From Octopus vulgaris (lineage: Eukaryota), in contig OX597816.1 in assembly GCA_951406725.2 (NCBI GenBank), positions 48,980,001 to 49,044,000 of the forward strand: DNA of 64,000 bases, given 5' to 3'. The position numbers and the translations under genes are program-made. Of the stretch, positions 25,945 to 40,305 are shown one piece after another. How positions within the stretch are numbered: the stretch's first letter is position 1; every line of letters starts with the position of its first letter. The notes under the pieces are model-generated. The model was not told the DNA's origin. It worked only from the letters and a program-made list of their open reading frames with translations, and made no database searches.

Positions 25945-27451
25945 CTTAAAAATGTTTCAGCCTGAAGGCTGTGGCCATGCTGGGGCACCACCGTTGAATG
26001 AGCTACACTAGTATGTGAAACCACCTCTGATACGTGGCACTTGATCAACAAGGGAGTTCGATGCCGCTGCCTGCATCTGTGTTTCCTGCCGAGAGGTAGG
26101 TTCATCTGGGACTCCCGACAAGAAGAAATCCAGTTTAGTTTTAAAGAAACCGACATACACACCATGCAGGTCTCTCAGGCATTTAGGAAGGATATTGAAG
26201 AGCTGTGGTCCTCTGAAACCCCAGCTGCTGCAGTATCTGGTCCTGTATTTTGATGGTGATGTTGGGATCTTTGGCACCATGCAGTGGCATCCCGTTCTGT
26301 GGTTGGGGTAACTTTGAATGCCAAAGTTTGGGACAAGACCCTCCAGGATTTTCCAGATGTATATCACTGCTTATCTCTCCCGCTTTCGCTCCAGGGAGAA
26401 GAGTTTTAATACTTTCAGTCTTTCCCAGTAACTGATATGTTGCATTGAGACGATCTTCTTAGTGTAGATTTGTTGAATTGCTGCGAGTTCTGCTGGTAAC
26501 TTTATATTGTGTGGTGAACATAGTTGGGAGCAGTAGTCCAAGTGGCTGAGGATGGATGTCTTCCAAAGGACCATCAGTGTCTCCTTCTCTCTTGTTCTGA
26601 AAGTTAGGAGAATCCATCCAGCTAGCCGTCTGCATTTTATTACCAAATTAGTAATATGCACTTGGAAAGATGCATTATTGCTCATGTCATTGCCCAGATC
26701 ACACACTGAATTTGACTCAGGAATTACAATTCTTTCTGGGCCAGTGTATCCAGTCTGCATGTCGTTTACCTTTGTGTGCCGGTAGCTTAGGGCCTGGAAC
26801 TTCCCTGCATTAAACTGCATATTGTTGTCCTCATCCCACCTGTATATTGTATCCAACTCCTGTTGCAGATTTGCAATATTTCCAAGGTTTTGTATGGTGT
26901 GGGAGACTTTTGTGTCATCTGCATAGCTAGCAAGAGTGGCCATCTTAGCAACTGAGGGCATGTCTGAAAGAGCCACTATGAACAGCAGTGGCCCCCGAGA
27001 CAGTGCCCTGTGGAACACCGCTTGTTATTTGTGTTTCCTTGGAGGTGGTGGCTCCATTGGCCACAACTGCCTGCCTTCTATATTTTAGGAAGTTGTGCAG
27101 CCACTCTCCAAATTTTCCGCCTATGCCGAGACCATGCAGTTTGTGACAGATCATACCATGGTCGACTTTATCAAAAGCTTTTGCTAAGTCGAGATATATC
27201 ACATCTACAATTGAGCCATTTAGTAGCTGTTTTAACACCCAGTCATAGTGTTGCATGAGCTGTTTTAGGCAGCTTCTACCTGGTCGAAATCCATGCTGGG
27301 TGTCAGTCAGCAAGTCATTTTCTTCAAGGAACATGATTAGTTTCTTGCGGACAATTTGTTTTTGTTCCATGACTCTGTTGATGTGTGAGGTCAGAGAGAT
27401 AGCCCTATAATTTTTAGCATCTGCTCTGCTTCTTCCCTTATGGATAAGGCA
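25945..27451 (-). mobile_element. 5'-truncated CR1/Jockey-like LINE (RT domain with frameshifts)
   Basis: PIHKG..NYRAISLTS, QHGFRPGRSC, YLDLAKAFDKVDH, SGVPQGTV, YADD and HLDYCSQL motifs are spread over three frames. The 3' UTR ggtgccccagcatggccacag is present. Confidence 0.93.
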
Positions 27452-27485
27452 TATATATATATATATATATATTATGTTGTGTATG

Positions 27486-27555
<70 letters not shown>

Positions 27556-27776
27556 CACAACATATATATATATGCCCTATCCATAAGGGAGGAAGCAGAG
27601 CAGATGCTAAAAATTATAGGGCTATCTCTCTGACCTCACACATCAACAGAGTCATGGAACAAAAACAAATTGTCCGCAAGAAACTAATCATGTTCCTTGA
27701 AGAAAATGACTTGCTGACTGACACCCAGCATGGATTTCGACCAGGTAGAAGCTGCCTAAAACAGCTATATATATGT

Positions 27777-27822
<46 letters not shown>

Positions 27823-27851
27823 GTATATATATATATATATATATACATGTT

Positions 27852-27893
<42 letters not shown>

Positions 27894-28441
27894 GTGTGTG
27901 TGTATATATGTGGCTGTGTGGTAAGTAGCTTGCTAACCAACCACATGGATCTGGGTTCAGTCCCACTGTGTGGCATCTTGGGCAAGTGTCTTCTGCTATA
28001 GCCCCGGGCCGACCAATGCCTTGTGAGTGGATTTGGTAGACGGAAACTGAAAGAAGCCTGTCGTATATATGTATATATATATAAGTGTGTGTGTATATGT
28101 TTGTGTGTCTGTGTTTGTCCCCCTAGCATTGCTTGGCAACCGATGCTGGTGTGTTTACGCCCCGTCACTTAGCGGTTCGGCAAAGTAGACCGATAGAATA
28201 AGTACTGGGCTTACAAAGAATGGGTCCCGGGGTCGATTTGCTCGACTAAAAGCGGTGCTCCAGCATGGCCGCAGTCAAATTACTGAAACAAGTAAAAGAG
28301 AGAGAGTATATTGTGTTTATATATATATTGTCTGTGTATATATATACTGTATGTATATATATATATATTGTGTATGTATATATATATTGTGTGTATATAT
28401 ATATTGTGTATATAAATATATATGTATATATATATATTGTG

Positions 28442-28493
<52 letters not shown>

Positions 28494-28513
28494 GTATATA
28501 TATATTTATTGTG

Positions 28514-28583
<70 letters not shown>

Positions 28584-28787
28584 GTATATATATATATATA
28601 TATATGTATCTATATATATTGTGTATATATATATATATTGTGTGTATATAAGTATATATATATGTATATATATATATATATATATTGTGTATATATATTG
28701 GGCCTGGTGCAGCGTTCTGGCTTCCCAGACCCCAGTTAAACCGTCCAACCCATGCTAGCATGGAAAGTGGATGCTAAATGATGATGA

Positions 28788-28838
<51 letters not shown>

Positions 28839-29699
28839 ATATATATTGTATATATTTGTATCAAATTGGACTTGGGTATAAAAATTTTAATTTCAACAAA
28901 ATTGCTCCAAAATATTGGCCATGTCTGTAAATGTAAAATATGAGATTTGGTTCCAAACTTCATGGTTCCAGATTCATTCCCACCGCAGTAACTTGAGCAG
29001 GTGTCTTTTACTATAAATTCCAGACTGACCAAATTTTTGTGAGTGGATTTGGTAGACAGAAACTCAAAAAGCCTATGGTGTAAATGTGTGTGCACGAGTG
29101 CACGTGTATGTGTGTGGCTGTTTGCAAGGGTTCCATTTGATCTGATCAATGGAACAGCCTTCTTGTGAAATTAATGTGCAAGTGGTTGAGTACTCCACAG
29201 ACACATGCACCCTTAATTTAGTTCTCAGGGACATTCAGCATGGCACATTATGTATGTATGTATGTATACTCTTACTCTTTTACTTGTTTCAGTCATTTGA
29301 CTGCGGCCATGCTGGAGCACCGCCTTTAGTCGAGCAAATCGACCCCGGGACTTATTCTTTGTAAGCCCAGTACTTATTCTATCGGTCCCTTTTGCCGAAC
29401 CGCTAAGTGACGGGGACGTAAACACAACAGCATCGGTTGTCAAGCAATGCTAGGGGGACAAACACAGACACACAAACACACACACACATACACATATATA
29501 TATATATATATATATGCATATATACGACAGGCTTCTTTCAGTTTCCGTCTACCAAATCCACTCACAAGGCATTGGTCGGCCCTGGGCTATAGCAGAAGAC
29601 ACTTACCCAAGATGCCACGCAGTGGGATGAACCCAGAACCATTACCACACAGCCACTCCTGCGCCTATGTATGTATGTATGTATGTATGTGTGTATATA

Positions 29700-29759
<60 letters not shown>

Positions 29760-31142
29760 CGCACGGGCTGCGTGTTGTGTTCTTGAGCAAGATACTTTAT
29801 TTCACGTTGCTCCAGTTCACTCAGCTGTAGAAATGAGTTGCGACGTCACAGGTGCCAAGCTGTATCGACCTTTGTCTTTCCCTTGGATAACACTGGTGGC
29901 GCGGAGAGGGGAGGCCGGTCTGCATGGGCGACTACTGGTCTTCCATAAAACAACCTTGCCCAGACTTGTGCCTCAGAGGGTAACTCTCTAGGTGCAAACC
30001 CATGGTCACTCATGACCGAAGGGGGTCTTTTATACGTATCATCATCATTGTTTAACATCCGCCTTCCATACTGGCACAGGTTTAAATACATAAATTTGTT
30101 GATTTATATGTATGCTTACACACACACACATACACACACGCACACACACACACGCTCTCTCTCTCACGTGTGTGTGTGTGTGTGTGTTTATGTGTGTATT
30201 GGATATGTTTATCCATGCAAATATATGAATTTATAACTATTACACATCATTTTTACTTTTTTACCAATGTTTTCTTCTAAAATTACAAACATGAAATACT
30301 GAAATACTGAAAGCTAATATTACATAACTTCTTTGATCTATTTGTAATACAATACTTTTTCAACTAACAATATTTCCATCTCATTAAGTTGCATAAATTT
30401 TCGTTTTTACTTTGATGTTGCGATTTAATTAAATATTACATTCTCCCTCGTAGAGCAAGAGTTATTTCCCTTGTCCCATATCGAACCTTTTCGGTAGCAA
30501 TCTTCATTTTCATCATAAATACTATCCTCGCCGTCGTAGTCTTCGTCATGAAAATATACTGTTTTTTGTATTAAATAATTTTCACCAAATATTCAATTAA
30601 TCAACAAAGTTTCCAATAATAACAAACAAAAATGTAGTTTGTACCATGGTTATTGATACGATATATATATATATATATCACTGAAATATTTTCAAGTTTT
30701 GGAAGCAATTAAAGATAATATGCTTCTGTTTGTTTGTTAGCACTCCGTCGCTACGACGACTAGGGTTCCAGTTGATCCGATCAACGGAACAGCCTGCTCG
30801 TGAAATTAACGTGCAAGTGGCTGAGCACTCCACAGACACGTGTACCCTTAACGTAGTTCTCGGGGATATTCAGCGTGACACAGAGTGTGACAAGGCTGGC
30901 CCTTTGAATTACAGGCACAAGTAAGAAACAGTAAGTAACAGTGAAAGACAGTTGTGGTGAAAAAGTACAGCAGGATTCTCCTGTAGCTGACTTTGCCTTT
31001 CATATTTTGGGATTGATAAAGTAAGTACCTGTTAAGTACTGGAGATGATGTAATCGTCTTTGCTTCCCCTCAAAAACTACTGACCCTGCACCAAAATTTT
31101 AAACTGTATGAATACTCTCCCAAAATTTCAGTGTATGTGGCA

Positions 31143-32361
31143 TGTAATGATATTTTGCCAGCAATTGATGATAGAGAGAGGGGTCACCCTTTTCATAATC
31201 ACTATAAAATTTATGTATATCTTCTTTCTCCAGGTGATAAAGAGAGGGTCATCTTTTCACAATCCCTATATAATTAATGTATATGTTCTTTCTCCAGGTG
31301 AGATGTTGCTAGCAGTTGATGATAGATAGCAGGGTCACCTTTTTGCAATCGCTATATAATTAATGTATATGACTGCGCTGGTATGGTTGTGTGGCGAGAA
31401 TGGATGAGGATAGCTGTGTGAAAAAGTGTCACACCCTAGCGGTTGAGGGAACCTGTGAAAGAGGTAGACCCAGGAAGACCTGGGATGAGGTGGTGAAGTA
31501 TGACCTTCAAACTTAAGGCCTCACCGAGGCAATGACTAGTGATCGAGACCTTTGGAAATATGTTGTGCTTGAGAAGACCTGGCAAGCCAAGTGAGACTAT
31601 GCCAGAGGTGTAACCTGCCCACTTATGTGTACCTTTCCTTCATTGGACACTAAACTCTGCTTGCGAAGACCTGTTGAGGCAAGTGAAATTGAAATTGAAA
31701 TCAAATTTGATGACTGGCATCCGTGCTAGTGGAGCGCTATGAGCACCATCTGAGTGTGATCGTTGCCTGTGCATGTAACTGGCTTCCGTGCTGGTGGCAC
31801 ATAAAAAGCACCATTCGAATGTGATCATTACCAGCGTCGCCTTACTGGCACTTGTGCCAGTGGCATGGAGAAAGACATTCGAGCGAGGTCATTGCAAGTA
31901 CCACTGGACTGGCTCCTGTGCAGGTGGCACATAAAAAACACCATTTGAGTGTAGCTGTTGCCAGAACCGCCTGTGGCCCTCGTGCCGGTGGCATGTAAAA
32001 GCACCCACTACACTCTCAGAGTGGTTAGCATTAAGAAGGGCATCAAGCTGTAGAAACTCTGCTTGATCAAATTGGAGCCTGGTGCAGCTATCTTGTTCGC
32101 CAGTCCTCAGTCAAATTGTCCAACCCATGCTAGCATGGAAAGCAGACGTTAAACGATGATGATGATGATGATGATGTTCTTTTTCCAGATGGTATGATAC
32201 TAGCGATTGAAGATTAAGATTGGAGTCACTATATAATTAATCACTATATAATTAATGTATCTGTTCTTTCTCCAGGTGTTATATTGCTAGCAATTAATGA
32301 TAGAGAGAAGGGTCACCTTTTCACAATCATGATATAATTAATGTATATGTTCTTTCTCCAG
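31143..32361 (+). repeat. ~86-bp minisatellite made of the INTU PDZ-exon acceptor plus exon start, split by an RTE insertion
   Basis: Recurrent taattaatgtatatgttctttctccag|gtgatatgttgctagcaattgatga units, with AG at 31233, 31297, 32188, 32275 and 32361. Confidence 0.9.
31372..32176 (+). mobile_element. RTE-clade LINE 3' end with internal tandem repeats and a (GAT)n tail
   Basis: LRWYGCVARMDEDSCVKKC...GRPRKTWDEVV. The 3' UTR carries ~50-bp repeats (aaaagcacc) and a (gat)n tail. Related 3' fragments lie at 21822-21966, 23485-23810, 24085-24375, 34630-35210 and 42365-42800. Confidence 0.85.
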
Positions 32362-32447
32362 GTGATATGTTGCTAGCAATTGATGACAGAGAAGTCTCTT
32401 GGAGTAAATTAGGAGCAACCTTGAAGAGTCTCAAGAAACAAGTTCCA
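32362..32447 (+). CDS. INTU: Inturned exon: PDZ C-terminal part (GDMLLAIDDREVSWSKLGATLKSLKKQVP)
   Basis: ttctttctccag| ... CCA|GTAAGA. Phase 1 in and phase 0 out. Carries the PDZ GDxLLAIxx.V motif. Confidence 0.92.
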
Positions 32448-32805
32448 GTAAGAATTAGTAATTTCTCTAAAATCATTTTATTTCTTTTGCAATTCATTAT
32501 TGCTTAATATGCTAAGGCAATTTCACTAAATAAATAGTCTTTTATAATGTTACTTGTTTTATTCAATGGGCTGTGGTCATGCTAATGACCTGAGCACTGT
32601 ATACAATAATTTCATTATTATTATTATTATTATTATTATCAACTTAAAGGGTTCAGTTGAACAAAGTGAACCCAGTATATACTTTCAGTCAGGTAATTAT
32701 TCTCTTGGTTTATTTTTGGTGAACTCCTAAATTACTGAGATGTAAACAAACCAACACTAGATGCACACACATACAAACGTACAGACATACATACATATGT
32801 GTATG

Positions 32806-32849
<44 letters not shown>

Positions 32850-33229
32850 TACACACACACACACACATCGGGTAAAGGCCCCCTTTGGTCATGAAGGACA
32901 ATGAGATTGTAGTGTCGTCTACTATAACTTCGGGCCGCGAGCTGGCAGAAATGTTAGCATTCCGGGCGAAATGCTTAGCGGTATTTCGTCTGTCGTTAGA
33001 TTCTGAGTTCAAATTCTGCCGAGGTCGACTTTGCCTTTCATCCTTTCGGGGTCGATAAATAAAGTACCAGTTTCGCGCTGGGGTTGATGTAATCGACTTA
33101 ATCCATTTGTCTGTCCTTGTTTGTCCCGTCTATGTTTAGCTCCTTGTGGGTAGTAAAGAAATATATAACCTCGGGCCGACCAAAGCCTTGTGAGCGGATT
33201 TGGTAGACGGACACTGAAAGAAGCCCATC

Positions 33230-33273
<44 letters not shown>

Positions 33274-34406
33274 ATATGTTTGTGTGCTTTTGTTTGTCTC
33301 CCAACATCGCTTGACAACTGATGGTGGTGTGTTTACGTCCCCGTAACTTAGTAGTTCAGCAAAAGAGACCGATAGAATAAGTACTAGACTTCCAAAGAAT
33401 AAGTCCTGAGGTCGATTTGCTCGATTAAAAGCAGTGCTCCAGCATGGCTGCAGTCAAATGACTGAAACAAGTAAAAGAGTAAAGAGAATTGTAAGGATGC
33501 AAAATAACTATACTCATTAACAAAGAAATAGTAGGAACATAAAATTTGACTGATTACATAGTTTTTTTTAATGGTAGGTTGGAGCAGTGGTATTTGACGG
33601 ATTGAGTACCCCTATACAAGCTTTAAACTTAACCCTTTAGCATTCAAATTACTTTGTTAAAATGATATATTTATTTATTCACAGTGATTTGAATATATCA
33701 TACATTATTTTGTAGCCTTGTGATTTCAATGAAGTGATTGTATATTTTTAGAATAACATTGTAAGGTAGGTGTGAAAAACCTGATCATAAAACAAGAAGA
33801 ATATTTGGGCCTGATATGGGCAGTTTGAATACTAAAGGGTTAATAATAATTATAGTATGTAAGAGTTGGGCTGTATTATCTTTTACTTGTTTCAGACAGT
33901 AGCCATGCTGGGGGCACTGCTTTGGAGGGTTTTGTTGAGCAAATCAATCTCAGCACTATTTTAAGGTTGGTACTTGCTCTGTCTAGTGGAAGCACATGGC
34001 CTAGTGGTTAGAGCAATGGACTCATGGTTGAGGGATGATGGGTTTGAATCGCAGATCGGGAGATGTGTGTGATTATAAGCGAAACATCTAAGCTCCAGGC
34101 GGCTCTGCCAGAAGGAAATGGCGAACCTCTGCTGACTCTTTTGCCACAACTTTCTCTCACTCTTTCCTCCTGCATTTTGCAGCTCACCTGCAACAGACCA
34201 GCATCCCGTCCAGGTGGGGAACTGGGATACCAGCGTTCTGAGCCAGGCATGGCTCAAAAAGGAAGAAACAAACTTGTTCTGTCTGACTCATTTTGCCAAA
34301 CCACTAAGTTATGGAGATGTAAGCGACCCAACATGGGTTGTCAAGTAGTAGTGGTGGAGGACAAACATAAACACAAAGACACATACATACAGATATTTAT
34401 ATACTT

Positions 34407-34597
<191 letters not shown>

Positions 34598-35641
34598 CAT
34601 ATATATACTTACATACATGCATGCATATATCATCATCTTCGTTTAACATCCGCTTTCCATGCTGGAATGGGTTGGATGGTTTGACAGCGGACTGGTGAGC
34701 CAGAGGCTGCACCAGGCTCAATCTGATCTGGCAAAGTTTCTACAGCTTGATGCCCTTCTTAATGCCAACCACTCTGAGAGTGTAGTGGGTGCTTCTATGT
34801 GCCACTGGCATGTGGGCCAGTCAGGTGGTTCTGGCAACGACCATCCTCAAAAGGTGATTTCTACATGCTACCTGCATGGGAGCCAGTCTGGCGGCACTGG
34901 CAATAACCATGCTTGAATGTTCTTTTTCACGTGCCTCCAGCACATGTGCCAGTAAGGCGACCCTGGCAATGATCACACTTGAATGATGCTTTTCATGTGT
35001 CACCAGCATGGAAGCCAATCCATGGCCCTGGCAATGATCATGCTCAGATGTGCTTTTAACATTCCACTGGCACAAGTGCCAATCAGGCGGTTCTGTCATT
35101 GGCCACATCAGCAATTTTGATTTGTTTACACTTGCCTCAATATGTCTTTGCAAGCAAAGTTCATTGTCCAATGAATGAGGGGTGCTCATAAGTGGGCTGG
35201 TTACACCCCACGTTTGGATGTGCATTTAATGTTCTACTGGTAAGAGCGCCAATCAGGCATATATATTTATAAATATGTGAAAAGTTTCATTTAGTATCGT
35301 CCATCAGATCAGTTCATAAGGCTTTGGTCAGCTGGGGACTATAGAAGGAACTTGCCCATGGTGCCATGCAATGGGATTGAGCCTGAAACCATGTTGTGGG
35401 AAGCAAGCTTCTTATCACACTGTCATGCTGCTTCTATCTACAAGATATTTCAGCATCAAATAATCTAGATGGAAATCAACATTCTTAGTCTTACAGCATA
35501 AAGAAGCCCTGTCAGCTAACCCTTTAAGAAAAAGCAAGACCCACGAAAAAGTGTGCTTGTATTTACAATAAAATATCATAATCTCGGGCTATACAAATAT
35601 ATGATTATAAAAGTATTTTTTCTTTTATAAATGTTTTTCAG

Positions 35642-35848
35642 ATTAAACTCACTTTCCAAAATCCTGTTGTTGTTGGATCTACAAATCACAACTCTGTTGG
35701 TGGAATGCGCTTACCATTTTGTGAAAATGTCATGCTGGCTGCTAGTGGTGAAGATTTCTCATCATTGGTAGAGCTGCTTGACATGTACAAATGCAAACTC
35801 TTATGTCTTTCGCTGGACATTGTTCAAAGTGATTTAGATTTTGGTCAG
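35642..35848 (+). CDS. INTU: Inturned exon (IKLTFQNP...KLLCLSLDIVQSDLDFGQ)
   Basis: tgtttttcag| ... CAG|GTAAAG. 69 open codons, phase 0/0. Encodes the last PDZ strand and the start of the first longin domain. Confidence 0.9.
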
Positions 35849-36399
35849 GTAAAGAATATTTGTAGCTATATTATTTCTGACACAAATTCACTTTCATGTT
35901 ATTGCTATTGATTTTTATATATATATGGATATATTCCAGTAGGTATGTATATCTTTTATCTGTTATATTTTATTTGCTCCAGTCAATAGACTGGCCATGC
36001 TGGGACTATACCTTGAAGAATTTTAGTCAAATGGATTGACTCTAGTACTTAATTTTTTTTTTTTTTTGGTTTTTAAGTGTGGTACTTATTCTATTGGACT
36101 TTTTTACTGAACTGCAAAGTTACAGGAACATAATTATGCTGACACTAGTTCTCAAATGATAGTTGAGGACAAGCAGACACACAAAGACAAACATACACAT
36201 TCACATTTATATGGTGGTCTTTTTGCCGTTTCTGTTTACCATATCCACTCACAAGGCTTTGGTCAGCCCAAGGCTGTATTAAAAGAAACTTGCCCAAGGT
36301 GCCATGCAGTGGGACTGAACCTGGAACTATGTAGTTGGAAAGCAAAAGAGTACAACAGAGGTCGACACCACCCACTGCCAGATCCACGTGGAGCTTTTA

Positions 36400-36678
36400 G
36401 GTGTTTCCGATTCTCTTATTTGTCAGTAGCTTACACTGGGTACATCTTATAGAGTTTCTACCTATGCCGATTCTACAGATTAGGCAGGGCCATCTACCTG
36501 AAGGGATTTGTGGTTTGTCTGCCTTCCTACTTATTAAGACTTTGGTTTTAGCTAAGTTGACTTCAAGGCCCTTCGATTCTAATCCTTGTTTCCACACCTG
36601 AAACTTTTCCTCTAGTTCTGATAGTGACTCAGCAATTAGAGTAAGGTCATCAGCATAGAGGTACTCCCAGGGGTATCC
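36400..36678 (-). mobile_element. RTE LINE RT fragment
   Basis: PWEYLYADDL...WKQGLESKGLEVNLAKTK...WPCLICR...NSIRCTQC. Confidence 0.88.
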
Positions 36679-37514
36679 TATATATATGTGTGTGTGTGTG
36701 TGTATATTTTTCCTCCACCACCATTTAACTACTTCCATAACTTAGCAGTTCGGTAAAAGAGATCAACAGATGACACTGCATCTTTTAAGGCCCTCATGCT
36801 TTCCGAAATCCGCCGAAACTACACCTGATTATATATACACTTTAGATGAGTTGTAGTGCACCTGAGCACTGTACACAATTATTATTATTATTATTATTAT
36901 TATAGAACAAGTTCTAGGCTTTAAAAAATGTACTGGGATCAATTAATTTGACTAAAATTTCTTCAAGGCAATGCCCCAGCATGGCCGCAGTATAATGACT
37001 GAAAGAAACAGAAGATAAAAGATAACAGATAGTAACTATATCCAATATAATCATTGAAATAAAAAAAAAAAACTGTGACACTATGATATCTAATTAAACT
37101 TTTGCAATGGATTCCTCCTTCTCTTCCCACTATCATCATCATCATCCTCATCATCACAATCATCATTTTAATGTTTACTATTTCATGACTGGTTGAGTCA
37201 GACAGAATTCATTGAAGCAGATCTTTTATAGATGGATACTCATCCTGTTCTCAACCTTCACCTATTTCAAAGTAACTTAATATATATTTTGCTAGACAAT
37301 TGCAAATAAACATCATTTACACCATTTCTATGATGGCGATTTCTAAATTTAGCACATAATGCCAAGTTAAGGTGACATACCCTCCCACACTCACACCCAC
37401 ATGTGTATACTTACACACACGTGTGTGTGTGTGTGTGTGTGTGTGTATGTATATATTTATACAGACACACACACATGTTTGTACATATATCTATATCTAA
37501 CTATCTATCTATAT

Positions 37515-38660
37515 ATCTGCATGATTTTCTAAAGGACAGGAGTCAAACTGTAGCAGCCAATGGAGCTCTCTTCACAGAGACACTAATAGTCAGTGGAGTG
37601 CCCCAGGGCACTGTGCTGGGGCCTCTGCTTTTCATGGTAACCCTTTCAGATATGCCATAAATGACAGTGGCAGTCATGCTTACCAGCTATGCTGATGACA
37701 CAGAAGTCGCACAGTCAGTCAAGGAAAAATCTGATGCTACACTCCTACAGAAAGATCTAGATGCCATCTATATATGGGTCGAGGATAACAACACGCAATT
37801 TAATGCAAGTAAATTCCAGGCCCTCCGCTACCAGTTATGCACTGCTCAGGAATCACGACATCAGTACGTTGGACCAAGTGGAGCAACAATCCAAGAATCA
37901 AATACGGTGCGTGATCTTGGAACAGAAATGAGCAACAATGCCACATTTCACACACATATCAACAAAATGGTAGCAGTAGCCAGAATACTGGCCAGTTTGA
38001 TTCTGAGAACCTTCCAGACAAGGGACCAAGAAACTATGATGACACTATGGAAGTCATTTATCCTCAGCCGACTGGACTACTGCTCTCAGCTATGGTCGCC
38101 TTATACTACATGGATGATAGCAGAACTTGAAGCAGTCCAACGACTTACACAAAGAAAATTGCATCTATGGAACGATTGAGCTACTGGGACAGGTTGAAAG
38201 AGCTGTGACTCTATTCTCTAGAACGAAGGTGGGAGAGGTATGCTGTAAAATATATATGGAAGATACTGGAAGGACTGGTACCAAACTTTGGACTAAAGAG
38301 CTACACCAGACCACAAACAGGATGTCACTGTGCTGTCCCCCCCACTGTGCCGACTTCTTCATCTCAGGCAAGGACGATGTACTGCAAGGCCCACAGCTGT
38401 TTAACTGTCTGCTTAAGCATCTGAGGAGCCTCCATGGAGTGGATGTAGACGTTTTCAAACGTGAACTTGACCTCTGGTTCGCCGAGATCCTGGATGAGCC
38501 AATATCTAAGCAAGCAACTCAAAATAGGGCAGTAGCATTGAACTCCATCCTTCACCAAAAGCCGCTCCGACAATGGTGGAAAGTGGAAAGGTGATTACAA
38601 TGGTGGTGCTCCAGTATGGCCACAGTCATTGGACTGAAGCATATAAAAGAATAAAAGAAT
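37515..38660 (+). mobile_element. 5'-truncated CR1/Jockey-like LINE
   Basis: SGVPQGTVLGPLLF, YADD and RLDYCSQLWSP motifs with a stop and frameshifts. The 3' UTR matches that at 2050-2372. Confidence 0.92.
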
Positions 38661-39045
38661 TTACTTGTTTATTTATTTATTTCATTCATTTATTTTAATT
38701 GCTTACAGAAATGATTGTAATCAATTAATAAATTCTTCTAAATTAATGTTTACAGGCTGATGCTTGTCTATTGATTATCATGACCATTTTCTTTTTTGTC
38801 TATATGCTTTTTTACTTTTTTTTTTTTTACTTTTTACTTGTTTCAGTCGGGTGACTGTGGCCATGCTGGAGCACCGCCTTTAGTCGAGCAAATTGACCCC
38901 AGGACTTATTCTTTGTAAGCCTAGTACTTATTCTATCGGTCTCTTTTGCCGAACCGCTAAGTTACAGGGACATAAACACACCAGCATCGGTTGTCAAGCG
39001 ATGTTGGGGGGACAAACGCAGACACACGAACACATACACACACAT

Positions 39046-39076
<31 letters not shown>

Positions 39077-39269
39077 CATATATACGACAGGCTTCTTTCA
39101 GTTTCCGTCTACCAAATCCACTCACAAGGCTTTGGTCGGCCCGAGGCTATAGTAGAAGACACTTGCCCAAGGTGCCACACAGTGGGACTGTACCTGGAAC
39201 CACGTGGTTGGTAAATAAGCTACTTACCACACAGCCACTCCTACGCCTATAAAAACATTTAACCTTATT

Positions 39270-39370
39270 TGTCAGAAGTGGGATACGAACCCACGCCCAC
39301 GTTTGTGGACCAGAGTACTCAATGTTCTAGTTAACGTACATGGTGCCTTAGACCACTCGGCCATTCTGTT
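39270..39370 (-). pseudogene. Intron-containing tRNA-Leu(CAA)-like pseudogene
   Basis: Minus strand: CAGAATGGCCGAGTGGTCTAAGGCACCA...TCTGGTCCACAAACGTGGGCGTGGGTTCGTATCCCACTTCTGACA. It has Leu-type D arm, long variable arm and T arm. The anticodon region is corrupted. A T5 run lies about 15 nt downstream. Confidence 0.8.
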
Positions 39371-39680
39371 GGTGTGTTTATATCCTTATAACTTAGTGGT
39401 TTGGCAAAAATGGGCTAATAGAATAAGTACCAAGAAATAAGTCCTGGGGTCAGAAGCTTTGACTAAGAAATTGTATAAGGCACTGTTCCAGTGTAGCTGC
39501 AGTTACATGACTTTGACAATTAAAAGAATAAAAGAATATACTAACTTCTGAAATTTTAAAAGCCTATTCCCTTTCCAGTGAAGTATTATTCTAATAAGAG
39601 CATCATCACAACTTGTCTCTCTCATTGCAGTTTCCTTATTCTTGCTCAGCTCTTTCATTATCATCATAATTTTCATATTT

Positions 39681-39724
<44 letters not shown>

Positions 39725-40272
39725 GAGGGAAAAATCCGTGGGATTAACCCCGAAATTGACTCAATATAGAGATAACGAATTAAAAAAAAAAATTCTGTTA
39801 GCTTGCCTTCCTCGATTTCAGCATGATGTGTATTTATGGTGAATGTATATTGTAATATGGTGAATGACGATTTAAAGTCTATTCTGAGCATATTGGCACA
39901 GATATTTTTTTTTGCCCTTAACCACATGGTTCCGGGTTCAGTCCCACTGCATGGCATCTTGGGCAAGTGTCTTCTGCTATAGCCCCGGGCCGACCAATGC
40001 TTTGCGAGTGGATTTGGTAGACGGAAACAGAAAGAAGCCTGTCGTGTGTGTTTGTGTGTCTGTGTTTGTCCCCCTAGCATTTGCTTGACAACCGATGCTG
40101 GTGTGTTTACGTCCCCGTAACTTAGCGGTTCGGCAAAAGAGACCAATAGAATAAGTACTGGGCTTACAAAGAATAAGTCCCAGGGTTGATTTGCTTGACT
40201 AAAGGCGGTGCTCCGGCATGGCCGCAGTCAAATGACTGAAACAAGTAAAAGAGTAAAAGAGAGAGTAAAGAG

Positions 40273-40305
<33 letters not shown>

